Below, one piece after another: positions 61,101 through 64,000 of a stretch of 64,000 bases of DNA. This DNA is from an uncultured Rhodocyclaceae bacterium. GTDB taxonomy: Bacteria > Pseudomonadota > Gammaproteobacteria > Burkholderiales > Ga0077523. Where the stretch lies: contig CAZEDA010000001.1 of assembly GCA_964510915.1 (NCBI GenBank), positions 4,947 through 68,946 of the forward strand, given 5' to 3'. Both the position numbers and the translations under genes were made by a program. Below the pieces are notes generated by a model. The model did no database searches. It was not told the origin of the DNA and was given only the letters and a program-made list of their open reading frames with translations. Within the stretch, counting starts at the first letter, position 1. Each line of letters begins with the position of its first letter.

Positions 61101-64000
61101 TGCGACGAAGGCCTCCGCGGTGACCGGTCAGCTCATCGTGCTGCAGGGCCAGGGGTTCACCGGGAGCACGCTGGTGCAGTTCCAGGGGATCGACGACAGC
61201 GGCCGGGTGGGGACGATCACGACGACCGGGACGGCAGGCGCGGGCGGGACGACGCTGAGCGTGGCGGTGCCTGCGCTGGCGCGCACGGGGCTGGTGACGG
61301 TGCTGGGCAGCGGGACGGGAATCGGGTTGCAGGTGGTGCCGACGCTGCGGGCGCTGGGCGGGACGGTGGCGGCGGGCAACACGCTGGTGCTGGAGGGAAG
61401 CGGGCTGACGGCCGACGATCTGATCGTGAGCGTGGGCGGTCGTGCGGCCGGGACGTTCGAGGTGCGCACGCTGATCGACGGGACGGGGAGCAGTCCGGAT
61501 CAGCAGCTGCTGAGGGTGACGGTGCCCGCCGGGGTATCGGGCAGCGTGGTGACGGTGTCCACGGCCGGAGGCAGCTTCACGCTGAATCCCGGACTGGCGA
61601 TCAGCGCAGCCGCGCTCAGCGGCACAGCGGCGCAGGCGGGTGTGGCGGCGGCGAACACGGGTCAGACGATCACGCTGACGGGCGCGTTTGCGCCTGGCGA
61701 TCAGGTGGTGTTCACGACGATGGATACGACGGGCAACCTGACGACGCGCACGGTGGCGCCGGCGAATCTGGACGTGGCCGGCGGGACGCTGCAGGTGGTG
61801 GTGCCGGCCGATGCGGTGACGGGGCAGGTGCGTCTGGCGAGAAGCGCCACGGGGGCGCTGCTGCAGGTGGTGCCGACGGTGTCGGATGTGAGCATGAACG
61901 CGGGCGGTGTCTTCACGGGCGGCATTCTGACGATCGGGGGCAGCGGGTTCGCCGAAGGCACGACGGCGGTGCTGATGGGAGAGGTGCGCCTGGAGGACAC
62001 GAGCCGGACGACGGGCATCAACGTGTCGGGTTCCACGTCGCTGAGCCTGAGTGTGCCGGGCGCAGTGAGTGCGGGGCCGATCCTGGTGAGCACGGCGGGC
62101 GGGACGAGTGCGCCGCTGGGGCTGACGGTGAACCGGATCGTGGCGAGCGCGGGCAGCGGAACGGCGGCCGACGCGGGGCAGGCCTCGGCCAACCCCGGGC
62201 AGACGATCACGGTGGAAGGGGTCGGTCTGGACACGGGCACGGACGTGGTGTTCCGGGTGATCGAGCAGTTCGGCGGCGTGAGCGATGTGGTGGTGAAGCC
62301 GAGCGTGGTGAACACGGCGGGGACACAGGCGCAGGTGCTGGTGCCGCTCAACGCGATCAGTGGTGTGGTGCGGGTGGTGGGGGAGCGCAACGGCACGGAG
62401 CCGTTCCTGCAGATCCTGCCGGTGATCCGTGACGTGCAGGTGCAGAGCGTGTCGAGCGACGCGACGACGGCGACGGTGCTGATCAGCGGTCTGGGGTTCG
62501 TGGAAGGCGGCGTCAGCGAGTACCGCTTCGGCACGACGATCGTTCCGGATCCCGGTGTGTCCGCCGGTCCGGATGTGCAGAGCCGGTTCGATGCTGTGCT
62601 GGGATTCGTGCCCAACGCAGCGGTGAGCGTGGTGGTGCCCTTGATCGGTGGATCGTTCGGATCGATCAGCGTGAAGACGGGAGGGGGTACGAGCGCGCAG
62701 TACAGCGTGAGCGTGGATGCGATCGAGGCTGTGGCGCTGAGCGGAACGCCAGCCGATGCGGGGCAGGCCTCGGCGAACGCGGGGCAGGCGGTGGAGCTCA
62801 GGGGCAGTGGTCTGAGCGTGGGCACGGACGTGCTGCTGAGGTGGGTGGACAACAGTGGGGTGCAGCAGGTCACGGTGCTGAGTCCGGTGGCGGCGTCTGC
62901 GGACGGGACGAGAGCGACGCTGGTGTTGCCGTTGTACGCGAACGGGGCGTTCGGGCTGCAGGTGTTCGGTTCGGGGAGCCAGCCGATGCTGCAGGTGGTG
63001 CCGAAGCTGACGGGTGTCGAAGCCGATGGAAGGACGTTGCTGCTGGGCTCTGGGTTCGTGGAGGGGGCGACGGTGTACGGGTTTCCTGGCACGGCGGTGG
63101 CTGACACGGCCGGTGACGGGGGTGAAGTGGATGTGGGCTTCACGAGGGACTTCAGCGCGCAGAACGGAAGCGCGAGCCTGGGCGCGACGGCGTTGCCGAG
63201 GTACGGGTACGGGAGCGTGACGGTGAGCACGGCGGGCGGGACGAGCGCGGCGCTGGGGCTGGAGGCGCTGCGCACGAGCGTGACCGGGGTGTCGCTGGGG
63301 GATGTGGCGGCGGATGCGCAGGGCCAGCTGTGGGTGAGCGACCAGGCCAATCCGGGGCATCTGCTGAAGGTCGATGCGGGCACTGGGCAGACGCTGCAGA
63401 CGATCACGATGAGCGCGGCGTACGGGACGCAGTTCACGCAGAGCTACACGGGGCTGCAGGTGCTCAGAGGGACGATGAGGCTGGGGAGCACGGATGTGGG
63501 GCCGGGGAATCTGCTGGTGTTCAACGGCGCTCCGAACACGGACCGGGTGGTGGCGGTCAATCAGATAAGCGGGGTGGTGCTGGCGTCGCTGGCGCTGGCG
63601 CAGAACTACGATCTGACGGGAGCGGCGTACGACGAGGTGGGCAACCGGATCTACGTGGCGGCGGAGAGGGGCAACGCGATCGTGGTGGTGAACGCGCAGA
63701 CGGGAGCGGAGGTGGAGCGGATCGCGGCGCCGTTCAGTGTGGCGGGCAACAGCGGGCTGGCGATCGATGCGGGGGCGAGGCGGCTGTGGGTGGGGTCGAC
63801 CAGCGGGGGTGCGCAGCTGGTGGAGTACGCGATCGGAGCGGGAGGTGGGCTGACGGAGTTGAGGCGCATCGACACGAGGCCGCAGGGAGTGGACAGCGGT
63901 GAGATCACGGGGTTGAGTGTGGGGCCCGACGGGCGGCTGTATGTGGCCACCACGCAGGGCGTGGTCCACAGGATCACGATCTCGCCGCCGCCGGCACCGC
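49171..64000 (+). CDS. Giant secreted multidomain surface protein, at least 4943 aa, 3' end beyond the window (LEPR-XLL-type N-terminus; Ig-like, SbsA-Ig, choice-of-anchor-D/ASH-like, TSP3 Ca-binding, LVIVD, IPT/TIG and beta-propeller modules; embedded PAP2/VHPO-like and metzincin-like catalytic motifs)
   Basis: GGAGG at 49161-49165 precedes ATG 49171, and an in-frame stop lies at 49129. My own translation of this frame is sensible protein throughout, with no stop up to 64000. The track lists no closed ORF in this frame after 49171, which is consistent with one open-ended ORF. N-terminal motif HFEPLEPKVLLSADL. Confidence 0.9.
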   Translation, partial: MAAIRIRSMYRRRISGLMNALLDRFWDGWDGPTRVRPGALPGRAHFEPLEPKVLLSADLLPGTPLSFTDADGTLVTVTLSGSGSGVLDDTGGNASLTLQGNDLTTRVVIGAQGGDGRFQLSGLSASGRNLGAIVAPNADLTGVIRLDGHLGELSLRAAQGASTVHAASVGTLSVAADFTAGFELTGPDAGLALTRATIGGVLSGAWNVQGRSGSLKAGEVDAAWTGAFGDPLTSLTTVGDFHGTAYLPSLLQLTVGGALSGATLVVGADLGSDGALGGAGTRADSFSTGNLSRVRVNGAVVDSTIRVGVDPVNGVFDDGNDAVLPGGRIQEFLVGGALTGSSIIAATLPQQVRVQGSLVSTATLSAFRTAALDKAAPSLVASLASDTGASSTDRLTADPTVSGRVTDLGAVTGLTLSFQGRDVDVSQALNTDGTFLLTRGAIEAALGTTLTDGAIALGLRARDAGGNFSNAVTVAFELDTAAPDLLSFGVVSADAVGGDSAKAAAATVVLRGEGTAGATVSYAGQNVLVGSGGVFALPGVGLVLGDNAITLTIRDLAGNTDSLTRTITRVARTQADPILVWNDIALRAVQLDVSDPPVATRALAMVSLAQYDALAAIEGTAAYLVQRTVSGPVSAAAATAAAAHRVLSRIYPAQQAVFDDALSNDLAAIDDGAAKDSGIALGLAIADAILALRANDGSEDFVSYDGSTELGKWRPTGPAFDVADVPHWASVEPFALSSPGQFRPVAPPALDSAAYAAAVEEVKRLGSATSTQRTADQTQIALFWADGKGSFTPPGHWNQIASEVARSRGSSLTDNARLFAQLNVALADTAIACWDAKYTYGLWRPETAIQNADLDGNAGTTVDAAWRPLLLTPPHPEYVSGHSSFSRAAATVLASHFGDDTTFSTTSATLPGVTRTFSSFTEAAGEAGRSRIYGGIHYEFTNQAGQVLGAQVANAVLARFALSGDSQAPAIPLGDTPAVTNTNVTLRGQVLDNLSGVASAEFRIDGGALQTLSLDANGGFTITTALPTDGSADGAHTITIVARDAAGNANAGVTRGFTLDTRAPTITLPSLPDGAALGATSRLTGTADPTGTTLTQLSYRIDGGVSRTLAFDAATGAFDESLPFGNLDVGDHTLVLTARDAGGNLATLTRTVKVEALAPLTVTSLTPTEGSGDVGVTVRPQVRFSRAVNLSTLTADSFFATGPDGSKLDATVVPASDGTYAWLFFTNPMPGGSRVTLHVDGSKIRGAADGTFLDADGNGTAGGTLTQSFTTVSRTAVAGTKLVGKVVDPGADLEPMTFDDIRRGPDGVIHTADDVFLLPIAHAKVFILGQEDRFVFTDAAGNFELTDVPAGTVKVAIDGRTATNAPSGVFFPEMVMDVELRPGVVNTVMSGMGSDAERAANLDRREVYLPRIPTSSLQEVSDTATTVITVSDAKSAPQLSEQERAALTLTVQPGSAIGENGKALDNVQIGISTVPPELVRDMLPPGVLQHTFDITIQAPGVATFAEPLQITFPNVFNAAPGTKLNILSFDHTTGRLVINGTGTVSADGLTVVSDPDSGIRAPGWHSMTPPGSPGGGTPPPPIPCDPPGGPIQPTESFLTLGMITGGETASTLLDLAANLPSPGPGEQVNVDIKLDGVAAKFLKINGSTSFARNGSTPSGTIVSELKTRAYSELPGGLNSFNEPTVFGGVVTVTVTRSAADPSHSDCPVKSAVEVRKYIVYRYIDSRSGETPTVYEFNDALVNTNPKAEPFKQAFKFEFSTEAEGTVTLASESGAAGPKPFTLARSGGSATVTFSPPAVQSFGDEIRIQPQKDPTRVVAGPSLNGKGTEAQVISLNRAELIAELTQAVESDMPFYWLSGLLTSQLTTDGVADPDKIGQLADLAIGYAVSYFNPVGSAVKFSLGNAGGLVMDYSPGVDPGASLLLGTVGIVYGKAVEGIDNVDAAYGVLKQQGTRSSDWMRYHFVEAFNTTRENRVEVYVRNLFAVPLVEQTVTLNGFANKIGYVIAHEAGHALGLHHAFSQSGAIDSSDVMSYEDPAGLAFRASLPSLELGLDLAPAARLQGASNYLVQWINGGPAAIGGGSGRDPDTDLPLIGPFAPILAIGTPDNIVLSDVDLGVLTVGSATPTKLFVRNLGSDPLTVRSLVVAGETVGGTLSADPIAPGDTRELSVDLTSLAPGRYNDAIRIEYGNGSTQTIAFRFSVQSAAPAAVTALSNNLGATSLGSSSEGAVVSVTNEGAQTLTITSAALLSGEESFRIVDFTPQSLGYGESGEIKVRFAPTTFGLTRGLIELTTNDPARPKIVLSVVGTGVSDERQYQWGGDAIAVTTGTGDGANTLRTMSDAAGRFEIFLSASTAYEVGVFDFESQLLAVGGGVTAPPGSPTNLTAGLAFGASTAVDSDFDGLPDDIEQTIGTNAGRKDTDNDGIDDFIEVKQGLDPSGGRNVPVGIVAATPLAGSAEAVDVVASAAGGPAVAAVVATGNGGLAIVDVSAFDSPALLSQIDLAGFNVGVAMDATRGVAAVAGSGAGLHLVNVSNLASPALIQTVDLGASVTAVALGDGIAYAASGRRVVGVDLNTGETRSSVDFGLVGGAALVSLVRDGNTLFTLDADNTLRAIDIAGDVLTPRGSIALAVGGGKLFVGGGTAYVGREDRFNGGFSTVDVRDLGNLRLLSGPDANNVAGDAIVANGSGLAVTVGQIGGAFGANALDVLNVADPTNTGVVVTRVNLPAAPRGVALANGMAFVAAGEAGLQIVNFIGFDTQGTEPAVSIQADAIDVDAAAAGTQVLEGRSVRVVPTVTDDVQVRNIELLVNGVVVATDVAFPWELFAQVPTVAAGGSTMTIQVRATDTGGNVGLSNIVTLDVTPDTFPPKVTSASVADGERLFFVRSIDIAFDEPIDTALLAVGGMHLVRAGADGAFDTADDVPQTVRFDTRSFGQSLSVLVDDVLAPGAYRLTIDADIVADIAGNTIAAPIVRTFSVRPASDVRAVSGAPEIPTAPAANPGQQIAVAVPFDPATARAQFSVIDVAGNRTTRVVTPARADPIAGVAYFTVPLDAVTGETVVFSLVGGVRTDFPDGTFPLQILPVITDVQVQSVSSDATTATVLISGLGFVEGGVSEYRFGTTIVPDPGVSAGPDVQSRFDAVLGFVPNAAVSVVVPLIGGSFGSISVKTGGGTSAQYSVSVDAIEAVALSGTPADAGQASANAGQAVELRGSGLSVGTDVLLRWVDNSGVQQVTVLSPVAASADGTRATLVLPLYANGAFGLQVFGSGSQPMLQVVPKLTGVEADGRTLLLGSGFVEGATVYGFPGTAVADTAGDGGEVDVGFTRDFSAQNGSASLGATALPRYGYGSVTVSTAGGTSAALGLEALRTSVTGVSLGDVAADAQGQLWVSDQANPGHLLKVDAGTGQTLQTITMSAAYGTQFTQSYTGLQVLRGTMRLGSTDVGPGNLLVFNGAPNTDRVVAVNQISGVVLASLALAQNYDLTGAAYDEVGNRIYVAAERGNAIVVVNAQTGAEVERIAAPFSVAGNSGLAIDAGARRLWVGSTSGGAQLVEYAIGAGGGLTELRRIDTRPQGVDSGEITGLSVGPDGRLYVATTQGVVHRIDTTLDASAVKPATLTGVIGTAGGGVAADATKASANVGEVIELTGSNFGAGTRVLFETRDASGSTGLFSAAPLAIDESGTRLQVRVPDQATTGLVRVVNQSTGNLGFSGSEDAIYRDVTVSFTAGADTATVRFADGGLQGLFDESWGIDNVEVRQGATLVFADDFESGSAAAGWGSRVVNAEERAAFSRFSGRFSSTSQALSLSGLTAGQTYTLKFDLYVLDSWDGSAPSVGPDQFEVSVDGAVLLRESFANRTGTASAQSFGASAGVALQIVPTLTAMSGRPGGDGTFTLSGSGFMEGASTVSVGGMAFVDTAANAGQFLDVSGTRNDTLSLVAPRTLDGPIRVTTAGGYAELAGPVFAPQPPSLFTGIVASAAAGVAADATKASAVTGQLIVLQGQGFTGSTLVQFQGIDDSGRVGTITTTGTAGAGGTTLSVAVPALARTGLVTVLGSGTGIGLQVVPTLRALGGTVAAGNTLVLEGSGLTADDLIVSVGGRAAGTFEVRTLIDGTGSSPDQQLLRVTVPAGVSGSVVTVSTAGGSFTLNPGLAISAAALSGTAAQAGVAAANTGQTITLTGAFAPGDQVVFTTMDTTGNLTTRTVAPANLDVAGGTLQVVVPADAVTGQVRLARSATGALLQVVPTVSDVSMNAGGVFTGGILTIGGSGFAEGTTAVLMGEVRLEDTSRTTGINVSGSTSLSLSVPGAVSAGPILVSTAGGTSAPLGLTVNRIVASAGSGTAADAGQASANPGQTITVEGVGLDTGTDVVFRVIEQFGGVSDVVVKPSVVNTAGTQAQVLVPLNAISGVVRVVGERNGTEPFLQILPVIRDVQVQSVSSDATTATVLISGLGFVEGGVSEYRFGTTIVPDPGVSAGPDVQSRFDAVLGFVPNAAVSVVVPLIGGSFGSISVKTGGGTSAQYSVSVDAIEAVALSGTPADAGQASANAGQAVELRGSGLSVGTDVLLRWVDNSGVQQVTVLSPVAASADGTRATLVLPLYANGAFGLQVFGSGSQPMLQVVPKLTGVEADGRTLLLGSGFVEGATVYGFPGTAVADTAGDGGEVDVGFTRDFSAQNGSASLGATALPRYGYGSVTVSTAGGTSAALGLEALRTSVTGVSLGDVAADAQGQLWVSDQANPGHLLKVDAGTGQTLQTITMSAAYGTQFTQSYTGLQVLRGTMRLGSTDVGPGNLLVFNGAPNTDRVVAVNQISGVVLASLALAQNYDLTGAAYDEVGNRIYVAAERGNAIVVVNAQTGAEVERIAAPFSVAGNSGLAIDAGARRLWVGSTSGGAQLVEYAIGAGGGLTELRRIDTRPQGVDSGEITGLSVGPDGRLYVATTQGVVHRITISPPPAP
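50893..52053 (+). other. PAP2 / vanadium-dependent haloperoxidase-like domain embedded in the giant protein
   Basis: Three motifs occur in the correct order: KYTYGLWRP (K-x6-RP, 51679-51705), PEYVSGHS (SGH, 51796-51819) and SRIYGGIHY (SR-x5-H, 51958-51984). Confidence 0.75.
55186..55218 (+). other. Metzincin zinc-binding motif HEAGHALGLHH inside the giant protein
   Basis: A perfect HExxHxxGxxH, followed 13 residues later by VMSY, a candidate Met-turn. Confidence 0.65.
58417..59961 (+). repeat. Intragenic direct repeat, copy A (period 4014 bp)
   Basis: Aligns base-for-base with 62431-63975. I found differences only at 58446, 58464 and 58476. From 58477 to 59961 every block I compared is identical. 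Confidence 0.9.
62431..63975 (+). repeat. Intragenic direct repeat, copy B
   Basis: The offset is exactly 4014 bp (1338 codons, in frame). Identical shadow ORFs appear in the track (58827/62841, 59000/63014, 59316/63330). The copies diverge after 63975 (RIDTTLDAS in A, RITISPPPAP in B). Confidence 0.9.

Noticed and set aside
55231-63969. Minus-strand ORF of 2912 aa, the longest entry in the track
   Set aside because: Its translation is low-complexity H/R/P/Q/A with no recognisable domains. It is exactly antisense to a plus-strand frame that encodes coherent Ig, TIG, propeller and metzincin sequence. The absence of stops follows from the G-rich sense strand. It is a shadow ORF.

Overview
This is a high-GC, densely coding bacterial chromosomal window. 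The gene content (dapF-yigA-xerC synteny, boxR-boxCBA, thrH, PPK2, a PEP-CTERM protein) looks proteobacterial, probably beta-proteobacterial, but that is inference only. I saw no rRNA, tRNA, CRISPR array, transposase or phage genes. Most long ORFs in the six-frame track are antisense or out-of-frame shadows typical of high-GC DNA.

Layout:
- 1-3.7 kb: housekeeping genes (LpxL-like tail, CoA-binding protein, GNAT, dapF, DUF484, xerC).
- 3.7-9.2 kb: aerobic benzoyl-CoA (box) cluster boxR-boxC-boxB-boxA, with TGCA-N6-TGCA operator-like sites.
- 9.2-15.1 kb: thrH, a hypothetical gene, and a minus-strand PotABCD-like ABC importer operon ending in an MBL-fold hydrolase.
- 15.4-22.1 kb: signalling block with a REC-EAL protein, a 1367-aa BvgS-like hybrid kinase and a di-haem cytochrome c peroxidase.
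- 22.2-27.9 kb: PPK2, a membrane-anchored TAXI-type binding protein, a sensor kinase and an NtrC-family sigma54 activator.
- 28.1-42.5 kb: a sigma54-promoted operon of 10 genes, nine of them joined by overlapping start/stop codons. It encodes four glycosyltransferases, a heparinase II/III-like protein, two APH-like kinases, an MsbA-like ABC exporter, a NodB-like protein and an AlgE-like outer-membrane barrel. No canonical Wzx/Wzy/Wza/Wzc or priming transferase is present. This is my best candidate for an undescribed glycoconjugate assembly/export system.
- 42.6-48.2 kb: miscellaneous genes (serine hydrolase, secreted hypothetical, AEC transporter, SAF-domain oxidoreductase, rlmJ).
- 48.5-64.0 kb: a small PEP-CTERM protein followed by one giant plus-strand ORF. 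It starts at 49171 and is still open at the window end (at least 4943 codons). The ORF track omits it because it never closes.

The giant protein has a LEPR-XLL-type N-terminus and many Ig-like, IPT/TIG, LVIVD and propeller modules. It also carries an embedded PAP2/vanadium-haloperoxidase-like catalytic domain and a metzincin HExxHxxGxxH motif. It contains a near-perfect in-frame 1.5-kb internal duplication with a 4014-bp period.
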